This document shows, one piece after another, positions 9,626 through 19,125 of a stretch of DNA of 64,000 nucleotides. Source of the stretch: Planctomycetota bacterium. Its GTDB lineage: Bacteria > Planctomycetota > GCA-002687715 > CAIWVZ01. The notes under the pieces are model-generated. The model saw only the letters and a program-made list of their open reading frames with translations, was not told where the DNA came from and searched no databases. The translations under genes were made by a program, and so were the position numbers. The stretch is taken from assembly GCA_044222185.1 (NCBI GenBank), contig JBGANV010000001.1, forward strand, positions 1,248,001 to 1,312,000, read 5' to 3'. Numbering within the stretch: position 1 is the first letter of the stretch; every line of letters starts with the position of its first letter.

Positions 9626-10819
9626 CTACTGCAGGAGCGTCGCGATGTCCGGGAGCAGCGAGCGCGACACCTGACTCATCAGGGCGCGGTTGCTCCCCTC
9701 GCCGACGCGGGTGACGAAGAGATCGTTGTGATGGCGAATCAACCCGAACTCGTCGAGGCAGGCGACGCCGCCGCAGATTTCCATGGCCTCGACGATGAGG
9801 TGGGACGCGCGTCGCGAACATTCGATCTTGATCTTCGCGGCCTGCTCGCGGCTGATCTGCCCCGAGTCGTAGAGGTTCAGGAGACGCACGAGCCACGTCA
9901 CGGACTGCTCGACAGCGATGTCGAGGTCCAGGATGACGTCCTGCACCCGCTGGAATCGGCCGATGGGCTTGTCGTCGAACTGAACGCGCTCGGAGGCATA
10001 GACGCGGCACTTGTCGAGCGCGAAGGCCATGGACGCGACCGCGAGCCCCGCGATGAAGAGTCGCCCGCCGGTGAGCGTCTCCCCCATGACGCGGAACCCG
10101 TCGTTCTCGCGACCGACGATCGTCTCGTCGCCGACCTCGACGTCGTTGAACGCGATGGACCCGGTGGACGATTGCTGCCAGACCATCTTGCCGCCCATCT
10201 CGTTGTAGGCGACGCCGCGCGCGTCCATGGGAACGAGGAAACAGGTGGAGCGGTGTCCCCGTTTGCCGTCGGGGTTCGTGAGCGCGTGCACGATGACGTG
10301 ACTCGCCCACCGCGCATTGGTCGACCAGCACTTCTCCCCACGGATGACCCAGCGATCCCCGCGTCGGTGTGCCGACACCTCCGGGTTCGCCGCGTCCGAC
10401 CCGCGCCCCGGCTCGGAAAGGCCGAAGACGAACATGCGCTTGCCGGTCGCGAGGTCCGGCAGGTGACGCCGCTTCTGCTCCTCGCTTCCCCAAAGCTGAA
10501 TGGGTTTGCTCCCGAGCGACGTTGCGGCTCCGGGCGTGATCGCCACCGAGTGGCTGTGGTACCCGAGCGCGAGGCCCATGAGCACCAGCTCCAGCTGTCC
10601 GCCGCCTTGACCGCCGTACTCGGTTTCGATCGGGAGTCCGAAGAGCCCCAGCTCTCCCATGCGTCCGATCACGTCCCCGGGAACGTGCTCGTGGTTGCGC
10701 TCCCACTTCAGGATCTGGGGAGCTACTTCCTGATCCGCGAAGTCGGCGACGCCGCGGTAGAACGCGAACCGGTCTTCGTCGAGAAGCTGCTGAAGATAGG
10801 TGTCGATGCGCCGCTGCAT
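9626..10819 (-). CDS. Acyl-CoA dehydrogenase family protein
   Basis: FGLSEPGRGSDA, IRGEKCWSTN, RVQFDKPIGRFQ, EICGG, C-terminal VGEGSN; AAGGA RBS before ATG 10819 (ORF-track extension to 12367 is a shadow frame). Confidence 0.93.
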   Translation of the reverse strand: MQRRIDTYLQQLLDEDRFAFYRGVADFADQEVAPQILKWERNHEHVPGDVIGRMGELGLFGLPIETEYGGQGGGQLELVLMGLALGYHSHSVAITPGAATSLGSKPIQLWGSEEQKRRHLPDLATGKRMFVFGLSEPGRGSDAANPEVSAHRRGDRWVIRGEKCWSTNARWASHVIVHALTNPDGKRGHRSTCFLVPMDARGVAYNEMGGKMVWQQSSTGSIAFNDVEVGDETIVGRENDGFRVMGETLTGGRLFIAGLAVASMAFALDKCRVYASERVQFDDKPIGRFQRVQDVILDLDIAVEQSVTWLVRLLNLYDSGQISREQAAKIKIECSRRASHLIVEAMEICGGVACLDEFGLIRHHNDLFVTRVGEGSNRALMSQVSRSLLPDIATLLQ

Positions 10820-10897
10820 GCGGTGGTCCTTGGCCAAACTGCGTGTCCGGGTCGACACGCGTCGACGGGGCGCGAAAAGCGCGGCATAGTACGGGCC

Positions 10898-12583
10898 GTG
10901 ACACCCACCCGCAAGAAACCGAAGGCGAGCCGGCGCGCCGCGACGTCCGGCAATCGGCAAGTCGCCGGCGCGATCACCCTCACGTGCTCGATGGCCCTTT
11001 TCCTTTGGACGAGTTGCAGCGTGAACGCCAACAAAAACGCCTGGGATTCCCCCAAGACCGTCGCCGAGGCATCCAGTTACGCGCGCACGTCCACGTCCGC
11101 GGACGTCGCGGCCTTCGTCGCGGATTGCGCTGCGCACGATTCTCGCCTCGTGCCGCTCCCCATCGGGAGTTCGACCGAGGGCCGCGACGTCACGCTCGTA
11201 CTCGCGGCCGATCCTCCCGTGAGGACGATCGATGACGCCCGGCGCGACGGCCGCATCGTCGCGCTGGTGATGGCGAACATCCACGCGGGCGAGGTCGAGG
11301 GAAAAGAAGCCGTCCAGGAGATCCTGCGCGAAATCGTCCATGGCGATCACGACGCCTTGCTGCGCGACGTCATCGTCGCCTTCATCCCCAACTACAATCC
11401 CGACGGCAACGATCGGATCGACCGGCGCAACCGCCCCGATCAGGCAGGCCCCATCGAGGGAGTGGGACAACGCCCCAACGGCCAGAATCTTGACCTGAAT
11501 CGCGACTACCTGAAGGCCGAGGCGCCAGAGACCGAAGCCCTGATCCGCACCGTACGCGCACTCGATGCCGCGATCGTCGTCGACCTGCACACGACGGATG
11601 GCTCGTACCACGGCTTCGACCTCACCTACGCGGGTCCGCTCCATCCGGGCACGGATCCCGAGATCCTCGCGTTCGAGCGGCAGACGTTCCTCCCGGCGCT
11701 TCGCCTGGGGATGCGGGCCCGCGGTTTCGCGACGTTCGACTACGGCAACTGGCTCGACGAGGACAAGCCTGGCTCGGGCTGGGTGACGTTCGAGCACAAG
11801 CCGCGGTTTGGGAACTCCTACTTCGGCCTGCGCAACCGCCTCACGCTCCTGTCGGAGGCCTACAGCCACGACGTCTTCGAGAAGCGGATCGCATCCACGA
11901 AGGCTCTGGTACTCGAAGGGCTGACGATCGTCGCCGAGCGGCGAGGGCGGATTCGCGAGTTGATCGCTGGGGCCGACGCCCGAGCGGCGCGCTTGTCGGC
12001 AGACGGCGCCCGCCTCCCGACGACCGCCGAAGTCGCGCAGTCGGATCCGGCGGGCTGGATCCCCGTTGGCTCCGTTCGCGAGGAGAAGGATCCGGTCACC
12101 GGGCTCGTGCGGCAGTTCGACACCGACGTCGCGACACCGGTGCGCATGCCCGTCTTCGCCTGGTTCGACGGCGTCCGCCACCGCTCCGTTCCACCGGCCT
12201 GGGTGATCGAATCGCCGTCCGGTGCGCTCCTGCGGGTCCTGGAAATCCACGGGATCGCACACTCCCGCCTTCCCGCAGAAACCGAATGCGACGTCCGCGT
12301 TTTCCAAATCACGAAGGAAGAGATCGAGCCCCGGCCGTTCCAGGGCCATCGCCTCGCGACATTCCACGGCTCGGATCGGGTGACGAAACGGAGGCTTCCC
12401 GTGGGAGCGCTCGTCATCCCTTCGGATCAGCCGCTGGCACGCCTCTGCTTCACTCTCCTCGAACCCGAGTCCGATGATGGATTGGGGACGTGGGGCATCC
12501 TCGGCGCAACCGCAGACGCGGACGGCACGCGGCCGTTCGCAGTCATGCGCTGCGTGGATGAGAGACTCGCGACGACGCGCTGA
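10898..12583 (+). CDS. M14 family zinc carboxypeptidase, probable lipoprotein
   Basis: NIHAGEVEGKE (HxxE), NPDGN, DLNRD, VDLHTT; possible lipobox WTSC; start GTG 10898 chosen, uncertain. Confidence 0.88.
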   Translation: MTPTRKKPKASRRAATSGNRQVAGAITLTCSMALFLWTSCSVNANKNAWDSPKTVAEASSYARTSTSADVAAFVADCAAHDSRLVPLPIGSSTEGRDVTLVLAADPPVRTIDDARRDGRIVALVMANIHAGEVEGKEAVQEILREIVHGDHDALLRDVIVAFIPNYNPDGNDRIDRRNRPDQAGPIEGVGQRPNGQNLDLNRDYLKAEAPETEALIRTVRALDAAIVVDLHTTDGSYHGFDLTYAGPLHPGTDPEILAFERQTFLPALRLGMRARGFATFDYGNWLDEDKPGSGWVTFEHKPRFGNSYFGLRNRLTLLSEAYSHDVFEKRIASTKALVLEGLTIVAERRGRIRELIAGADARAARLSADGARLPTTAEVAQSDPAGWIPVGSVREEKDPVTGLVRQFDTDVATPVRMPVFAWFDGVRHRSVPPAWVIESPSGALLRVLEIHGIAHSRLPAETECDVRVFQITKEEIEPRPFQGHRLATFHGSDRVTKRRLPVGALVIPSDQPLARLCFTLLEPESDDGLGTWGILGATADADGTRPFAVMRCVDERLATTR

Positions 12584-12682
12584 TCGCGGAACGAATCCCC
12601 GTGCACGTCAATCCAATGGACCGGATTCGCGTATAAGTCAGCGACTCGGTGGGCGCGCGGAGGCGCGATCGAGGGACCCACG

Positions 12683-13408
12683 ATGGGCCACAAGACGATC
12701 ATCATCATCGGCGAGCACGAACCGGGCTTCCCGGCCCATGAGCGGCTGCGCGACGCCGTTCGCCACGCCTCGTCCGCCCTCGACGTCGTCGTCAACACCC
12801 GGTGGTACACGAACGACGAACTGGCACGCCGTCCTGGGCTCGTCGAGGATGGATCCGCCATCATCGTCGCGCCGCGGGGTTCCCGCCCGACCCGGGTCCT
12901 GCCGGCCGCCGTGATCGCAGCCCTCAAGACCGCGCGGGAACACGACACGCCGACCCTCGCGACCGGCGACGGCCAGGAGCTGAGCCTGATCGAGTTCGGC
13001 CGCAACGTCGCCGGGATCCCGGGCGCGGCCAGCGCGTTCTACGACGAGGACGCAAAGGATCCGATCGTCAAGGAAGTGATGCTCCGTGACGGGGCAGACC
13101 GAATCGCCGGCACCCTGGACCTCGAAGTCCGCGCCGACCCCGTGCTCTCGCCGTGGCTTCCGCCCGTCAGGCGGGAGGAGCAGGTGGACCTCACCCACGT
13201 CCTCAATCCGGACTACGTGCCGGTGTTGGAAGAGGCCGGTCTGCACCTGGCGGGAACCGATGCGGTCACCGGACGGCCGTTTCTGCTGACGTTCCCGGCG
13301 AACCGCTGGCACGTCGCAGCGGCTTTCCTCCCGCAGCTGCGAACGTCCGAGCGGGAACCTCACCCGTTGTTCGTGGGCCTCCTCAGCCACGCCACCGGGC
13401 TCGTCTGA
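12683..13408 (+). CDS. Stand-alone CTP-synthase C-terminal (class I glutamine amidotransferase-like) protein with degenerate catalytic triad
   Basis: AREHDTPTLATGDGQELSLIEFGRNVAG and PHPLFVGLL align with PyrG ARE...P.LG.CLG.Q...IE.ARNV.G and PHPLF..F. Confidence 0.8.
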   Translation: MGHKTIIIIGEHEPGFPAHERLRDAVRHASSALDVVVNTRWYTNDELARRPGLVEDGSAIIVAPRGSRPTRVLPAAVIAALKTAREHDTPTLATGDGQELSLIEFGRNVAGIPGAASAFYDEDAKDPIVKEVMLRDGADRIAGTLDLEVRADPVLSPWLPPVRREEQVDLTHVLNPDYVPVLEEAGLHLAGTDAVTGRPFLLTFPANRWHVAAAFLPQLRTSEREPHPLFVGLLSHATGLV

Positions 13409-13494
13409 GTGTCCGATCGAGGACGAGATCACGACCAGGGGGCGGCTATCATCCCCGCCTCCCCGACCACGAGTCTGGACGAAGGACCACCCGT

Positions 13495-14907
13495 ATGACG
13501 GAACAGTCACTCACCGACGTCAAGAGCCGCCTCGAAGACGTCCTCCGCAGCGAGGATGGGTTCGTCGAGCTCCGCTATCACTGCAAGACGACGCGCTCTG
13601 CCGCCGTGGAGAATGGCCGCGTCGAGGCGGCGACGGTGCGTCACCGCGACGGCACCGGCGTGCGAGTCATCGAGAACGGCTGCTTCGGCTACGCCTCCTG
13701 CGGGACGACCGAGCCCGCGGAGATCCGCGGCGCGATCGCCCGCGCGCGCGCCGCCGCGCGAACCTCCTCGGTCCATCGACGCGAGCGGATCGACGGTCTT
13801 GCCGCGACGGATCTGGTCCGGGGCCATTTCGAGTTGGAGGGCGTCGACGAGTGCTCTTCGCGCCCCTTCGACCAGAAGGTCGGGCTCGCACGCGAGATCG
13901 AAGCGGCGACACGAACGGCCGCCCAGTCGATCGCCTCGGCGAGCTGCGGCTACTCGGAGATATTCGAGGAGAAGGCCATCGTCACGACGGACGGTGCCAG
14001 CGCGTCCTATCGACTGGTGCGGCCCGAGTTCCGCGTCACCGCAGTCGCAAGCCGCAACGGCGAACGCCAGGTCGGGACGAGGACGGTCGGTGTGACCGGC
14101 GGGTGGTCCTGTCTGTTCAACGCGAATCCCGCGGCACGGCTGGCCGAAGAGTCGGCACGCACGGCTGTCGATCTCCTCTCGGCGCGCCGGCCCGAGGGCG
14201 GACGAACGACGGTCATCCTCGCCCCCTCGATCGTGGGCCTGCTCGTCCACGAGGCCATCGGGCACACCGTCGAAGCGGACTTCGTCAGCTCGGGCTCGGT
14301 CGCCGCGGGAAAGCTCGGCACGCGCGTCGCGAGTGACATCGTGACGTTGTGTGATTCGGGTCAGAGCGAGCTGGCCCCCGGTGCTGCGGGTTCGATTCCC
14401 GTCGACGACGAGGGTGTTCGCGCCGGCCGCACGGTGATCATCCGCAACGGAATCCTCGCGAGCTACCTGCACGATCGGGAGTCGGCAGCGCGCTTCGGTG
14501 TGAAGCCCACGGGCAACGCACGGGCTCACGCGTACAGCGACCAACCACTCATCCGCATGCGCAACACGTACCTGGAACCGGGTGAACATCGCCTCGAGCA
14601 GATGATCTCCGAGGTGAGCGACGGCTTCCTGCTGGAAGGGCCCCGGAACGGGCAAGCGGACGCCACCGGCGAGTTCATGTTCGGCGTCGAGCGTGCATGG
14701 CGCATTCGTCACGGGAAGATCACCGAACTCGTTCGCGGCGTCACGCTCTCCGGCATTGCCTTCGACGTGCTGATGACCATCGACGCCGTGAGCTCCGAGT
14801 TCCGGTGGGACCTGGGCTCGGGCTACTGCGGCAAGGGGCAGCCGGCGAAGGTCGACGCAGGCGGACCGTACGTGCGATGCCAGGCGCTGCTTGGGGGCGA
14901 TCAGTGA
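13495..14907 (+). CDS. tldD: TldD metalloprotease
   Basis: HEAIGHTVEAD (HExxxH), DDEGV, TGNARA, IRMRNTY, C-terminal CGKGQ..V..GGP; GAAGGA RBS. Confidence 0.93.
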   Translation: MTEQSLTDVKSRLEDVLRSEDGFVELRYHCKTTRSAAVENGRVEAATVRHRDGTGVRVIENGCFGYASCGTTEPAEIRGAIARARAAARTSSVHRRERIDGLAATDLVRGHFELEGVDECSSRPFDQKVGLAREIEAATRTAAQSIASASCGYSEIFEEKAIVTTDGASASYRLVRPEFRVTAVASRNGERQVGTRTVGVTGGWSCLFNANPAARLAEESARTAVDLLSARRPEGGRTTVILAPSIVGLLVHEAIGHTVEADFVSSGSVAAGKLGTRVASDIVTLCDSGQSELAPGAAGSIPVDDEGVRAGRTVIIRNGILASYLHDRESAARFGVKPTGNARAHAYSDQPLIRMRNTYLEPGEHRLEQMISEVSDGFLLEGPRNGQADATGEFMFGVERAWRIRHGKITELVRGVTLSGIAFDVLMTIDAVSSEFRWDLGSGYCGKGQPAKVDAGGPYVRCQALLGGDQ

Positions 14908-16259
14908 AGGTGGTGCGCGGAATCGACCTCCTCCCGATTGCCGACGAAGGGGTTCGCGAAGGGCGCAAGGCCGGAGCCGACGAGGTGGAGGTCTTCGTCA
15001 CACGGTCGAAATCCACGTCCGTGAGCCTGCAGAAGAACGACGTGAAGGGCGCGTCGACGGAGGAGGAGACCGTCGTCGGAGTGCGCGTGTTCGTCAACAA
15101 GGCCATGGGCTTTGCGACCATCAACGACGCGCGGCGCATCGCTCGGGTGTGCGAGGAGGCGGTGGCGCTCGCGCGCGTCGCTCCGGCGGACGAGAAGAAC
15201 GGCCTGGCGGAACCACGTCCCATCGTTCCCGTCGAGGGCCTCTGCGATCCCGTGCTGCTCGAAGCGGATGTCGCCTCGGTCGTGGACGTGGCTGCCGAGT
15301 TCCTCGATCTGGTGCGGACGCGCGACAAGCGCGTGAACGTCGACTCGGGCTCCGTCTCCGTCGACACGACGACCCGAGCGATCGCCACGAGCCGTGGCAT
15401 TCGCGCGTCGGAGGACCATGCGCACGCGGGCGGATCCCTCTTCGGCATGGCCGTCGACGGTGCGGACGTCGGTTCGTTCGACTACGACGGAGACACGGTG
15501 CGCCGCGCCGACGACTTTCGGACCGCACTTTCCGCGGCGGCGGAACGCTTCGTCATCAAGACACTCGGCGGGCTCGGAACCCAGGCCGGCGAGTCGTTCT
15601 CGGGTGCGGTGATCCTCTCGCCCGAAGTCGTGGCCGAGTTTCTCCTCGCGAACCTCCTCTCCGTGCTGTCGGCGAAGGCCGTCCGGCTGGGCCGGAGCCC
15701 GTTCGCCAAGCGCATTGGGGAGAAGATCGCCCACGCCTCCCTCTCGGTGATCGACGACCCGCGTGACGGACGACGCGCAGCATCCGTGGCCTTCGATCGC
15801 GAAGGTCAACCCACCGTCCGACGCGAACTCATCTCGAACGGGGTCCTCAACGCGTTCCTCTACGACGCATTCGAGGCTCGCTCGGCGGATACGCCCGCAT
15901 CCAGCGGCAACGCCCGCGGGAGCGCGGCGGGGCTCCCATCGATCGGCCCGTGGAACCTCATCGTCCCGGGAGGCACGATCCCGTTCGCGCGCCTGTGCAG
16001 CGAACCGCCACGCGCCGTGCTGGTCTCGCGCTTCAGCGGCACGAGCAACCCGGTGACGGGCGAGTTCTCCGGCGTCGTGAAGGGCGGGTTCCTTCTCCGC
16101 GGCGCCGACCGCGTGCCGATCAAGGAGGTCCAGATCGCAGGCAGTCTGTATGACGCCATCCAGTCGATCAGTGGGCTCTCGAAGGAAACCCGCCTGATCG
16201 AGGGCACCACCCTGGTGCCGGCCGTGCGGATCGAGAACGTCTCGATTACGGCCGGGTGA
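14904..16259 (+). CDS. pmbA: TldE/PmbA partner subunit
   Basis: GADEVEVF, FDREG, GNARGS, NPVTGEFSG, IAGSL; no HExxH; GTGA overlap with tldD. Confidence 0.9.
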   Translation: MKVVRGIDLLPIADEGVREGRKAGADEVEVFVTRSKSTSVSLQKNDVKGASTEEETVVGVRVFVNKAMGFATINDARRIARVCEEAVALARVAPADEKNGLAEPRPIVPVEGLCDPVLLEADVASVVDVAAEFLDLVRTRDKRVNVDSGSVSVDTTTRAIATSRGIRASEDHAHAGGSLFGMAVDGADVGSFDYDGDTVRRADDFRTALSAAAERFVIKTLGGLGTQAGESFSGAVILSPEVVAEFLLANLLSVLSAKAVRLGRSPFAKRIGEKIAHASLSVIDDPRDGRRAASVAFDREGQPTVRRELISNGVLNAFLYDAFEARSADTPASSGNARGSAAGLPSIGPWNLIVPGGTIPFARLCSEPPRAVLVSRFSGTSNPVTGEFSGVVKGGFLLRGADRVPIKEVQIAGSLYDAIQSISGLSKETRLIEGTTLVPAVRIENVSITAG

Positions 16260-16292
16260 ACGAAGCTCGCCCGCTCTCGGCGAGCGCGGGCG

Positions 16293-18905
16293 TCACCGAT
16301 TCGTCGGTCCGAGCAGCAGCGCGTTGGCGACGAGCTTGAACCAACCCGGGCTTGCGCCGCGAAAGAGCGGGTCCTCGGTGAATGCGACGACGAGTCCAGG
16401 GTTCAGGCGGCGCTCGATGAGGATGGGCGCCTGTTTGACGAGCGCCGCCTTCGGGGGCGGCAACTGCCCGGAAAGGAGGAGCCCATCGCCCTCCGTGAGC
16501 CTCGCCCACACCTCGCCTTTCTCCCCCTCGGGCAGGTCGTAGAACGCGCGTCCGCGAAGCTGAACCGGCAGTTCACCATCGAGTCCGCGCGTCAGCCACC
16601 CTCCGCCGTCGATCGTCGCGCGCACGATCGGGCCATGGAGCGTCGCGAGACGATCGCTCGCTGCCCGCACGTTCAACTCGAGAACGCCACGCTCCTTCTT
16701 CGCGAGGTACTGAGTGGCTCCGCGGAACGAAACGACGACGCCGCCACGCCCGAGGAAGGCCTTCACGTCCTCGTACGGGAGCGCCTTCTCCCACGCATCG
16801 GCCGATCCATCGGGAAGCACGAGCACGTTGGCCTTCTCCAGCGCCGTGCGGATCGGGCGATCGACTCCGACGCAGGTGTGGCGCGCATGAAGTTCCGTCT
16901 CCAGGAACCACCGGATCGCGCCCGCCGACGGGGCCTCCGCCGGCGGTCCGAACGCGACCACGATCGACGGCTCGACGACGGGCTTCGCGTGGCGACTTCC
17001 CAGGTCCGAGCCAAGCTCCGTGCGCAGGCTGTCCGCGACGTCGAAGGTCAGGCCCAGTTTGCGCGCCACGCGTCTTGCCGTCTCGTACCGCCCGCCCTCC
17101 GCGTTGGGCTCGGGAAGAACGACGAGCGTTCCCGGCCCGAAGCTCTTACCGCCCGTCGAGAAGGCGAAGTCCGTGACGCGGACCCGGACTCCGGCCGCAA
17201 GGAGCCCTGCGAGGAGCCGGGAACTCGAGAAACGGTGGCCCGGGAAGATCAACGCGCCCGACGTCCGTGAGTCCGTCGGCTCCGATTCGGCGCGCCGCGA
17301 CTGTGCGCTCGGGGCCGGCTCGCGTTCCGGCACGAGCACCGCGCCCGTGACGTTGGCCGTCCGGTATCCGCCCACGCCGAACAGCAGAGGGAGATTCCAC
17401 GCAGTGACGTCGTAGATCTCGCTCGCCTCCTTGCGATCGAGGTGCCGCGCCTCGCGCTCGACGAAATCCGGCGCGAGTTCGTTCCGCGGGTCGAGCAGGG
17501 TCATCACGAGCGCACGGAACGATTGTGCCACGGGGACGATTCGCGTTCCCGGCGCGAGCGTGACCTTCGACGACGGCCCGCCCTGGATGGGCACGACGTC
17601 CGCAGTCCACGCTCGGTCGAGGCGCGAGACCGCGATGCCACACCGCTGCAACGTCGCAGCCAGGCGATCGACGAGATCGGGATCGCGGAGCGCGGCCAAG
17701 ACGAAGAACGGTGATTCATCGTGCTCCGCCGCTGCGCGCTGTGCCTCCACGTGCTCGGCCTGGAGGCGAAAGAGATCCGCCTTGCGAGCTCCGGCCGTCT
17801 CGATCGTCGTCAGGCACGCCGTCGCATGGTGGAGGACGGCATCGCGAAGAGTGAGCGTGCTCCCGTCGTCGCGCCGGAGTGCCGCGCCCGAGGGGCTTGC
17901 CTGCTCGAACGTCATGGCGACGGCCCCACAGAAGAGCGGAAACGAACCGCCGAAGCCCGGATAGTCCAGCGGGAACACGTCCTGCGTGAAATAGGACCAC
18001 CGATGCGCGTCGAAGGCGCGAGAGATGGCGTCGCCGAAGATGCGCCAGCGAGCCTTCACCTGCTCCGATGTGTGCGGGTTCAACGGCTCTGCCGGAGGCG
18101 CCGACACGAAGTAGCTCTCGTTTCCGCCCATCTCGTGGACGTCGACGACGACCTGCGGCATGAGTCCCAGGTAGAACGCGACACGGGCTCGCGACTCCGT
18201 CTGGTTCTGGAGGAACCAGTCGCGATTGAGATCGAACAGGTCGTGGCTCACGCGCCCCCCAGGCCACGGTTGCTGATGATCCCACGCCAACGGCTCGCGT
18301 TGGGTTTCCCGGCTTGCGCGATCGTTGACGAGCGTGACGAACCGATCGCGTCCATCGGGGTTCTGCGCGGGGTCGATCACGACCACCACGTCGTCGAGCA
18401 GGCGTCGCGTCTCGGGGCGCTCGTCGGCGGCCAGATGATAGAGCAGCGCGGCTGCGGCCTCGCCACCTGAGGCTTCGTCCCCGTGCACGCCCATGGCGAC
18501 GTAGACGGTGATCGGTCCCGATGAGTCGTCCTTCGTCGCCTCGCGAGCGCGGGCACGGTTGCGCTCGGCGATCTCCGCCTTGCGGGCCAGGTTCTCCGGC
18601 GACGAGACGAACACGGCGACGAGACGGCGTCCACCGCTCGAACGCCCGTAGTCGACGACGCGCACGCGCTCGGTCGCGCGCGCGACCGCCTCGGCGTAGC
18701 GCACGAGGTCGCCACTTTCCGTGTAGCGTTCGCCCAGGCCGTGGCCGAGCACGTTCTCGGGCGTGGGGATCGCCACGGTGTAGCGCGGCCGGCTGCCAGG
18801 CGAGCCCGACGTGAGTTCGTCGAAGAACGCCTGCTGCGACCAGACCGGAAACGAAGCGACGAGGGCCACGAGCACCGCGAACGCGGATTGGAAACGGCGG
18901 CACAT
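16293..18905 (-). CDS. Secreted M14 zinc carboxypeptidase with C-terminal GATase-like domain
   Basis: Signal peptide; GVHGDEASG, NPDGRDR, FDLNRDW, VDVHEMG; C-terminal VLVLPDG...FLGRGG...DPLFRG. Confidence 0.9.
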   Translation of the reverse strand: MCRRFQSAFAVLVALVASFPVWSQQAFFDELTSGSPGSRPRYTVAIPTPENVLGHGLGERYTESGDLVRYAEAVARATERVRVVDYGRSSGGRRLVAVFVSSPENLARKAEIAERNRARAREATKDDSSGPITVYVAMGVHGDEASGGEAAAALLYHLAADERPETRRLLDDVVVVIDPAQNPDGRDRFVTLVNDRASRETQREPLAWDHQQPWPGGRVSHDLFDLNRDWFLQNQTESRARVAFYLGLMPQVVVDVHEMGGNESYFVSAPPAEPLNPHTSEQVKARWRIFGDAISRAFDAHRWSYFTQDVFPLDYPGFGGSFPLFCGAVAMTFEQASPSGAALRRDDGSTLTLRDAVLHHATACLTTIETAGARKADLFRLQAEHVEAQRAAAEHDESPFFVLAALRDPDLVDRLAATLQRCGIAVSRLDRAWTADVVPIQGGPSSKVTLAPGTRIVPVAQSFRALVMTLLDPRNELAPDFVEREARHLDRKEASEIYDVTAWNLPLLFGVGGYRTANVTGAVLVPEREPAPSAQSRRAESEPTDSRTSGALIFPGHRFSSSRLLAGLLAAGVRVRVTDFAFSTGGKSFGPGTLVVLPEPNAEGGRYETARRVARKLGLTFDVADSLRTELGSDLGSRHAKPVVEPSIVVAFGPPAEAPSAGAIRWFLETELHARHTCVGVDRPIRTALEKANVLVLPDGSADAWEKALPYEDVKAFLGRGGVVVSFRGATQYLAKKERGVLELNVRAASDRLATLHGPIVRATIDGGGWLTRGLDGELPVQLRGRAFYDLPEGEKGEVWARLTEGDGLLLSGQLPPPKAALVKQAPILIERRLNPGLVVAFTEDPLFRGASPGWFKLVANALLLGPTNR

Positions 18906-18956
18906 GAGCGTCTTCTCCAGGCGACAGGGAAACCGCCGTCCAGCGGCGCGGGACGG

Positions 18957-18986
18957 AACGTATGTCGGCGGGCGGCGACTGGTCAA
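18957..18986 (-). promoter_or_regulatory. Sigma70-type promoter for the M14 peptidase
   Basis: Minus strand TTGACC-N18-TACGTT, about 50 nt upstream of ATG 18905. Confidence 0.5.
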
Positions 18987-19029
18987 GGCCCACAACGACT
19001 TGCGCGACCTGTGTGCGAGCGGATCGACC

Positions 19030-19046
19030 TTGGCCCCGCGCTTGCT
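19030..19046 (+). promoter_or_regulatory. Sigma54 (-24/-12) promoter candidate for the repeat protein
   Basis: TTGGCCCCGCGCTTGCT, exact GG-N10-GC, 80 nt upstream of ATG 19126. Confidence 0.6.
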
Positions 19047-19125
19047 ATGTTCCCCCCCATCGAATCGACGACGGCCATGCCGCCGCCCATTCCGCCTGGC
19101 GCTCGCGCGCCGAAAGGAGCACACG

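Noticed and set aside
9479-12583. Two overlapping ~1000-aa ORFs on opposite strands (9479..12583 + and 9626..12367 -)
   Set aside because: Each is a real gene extended through the stop-free antisense frame of its divergent neighbour; family motifs begin only at 10898 and 10819
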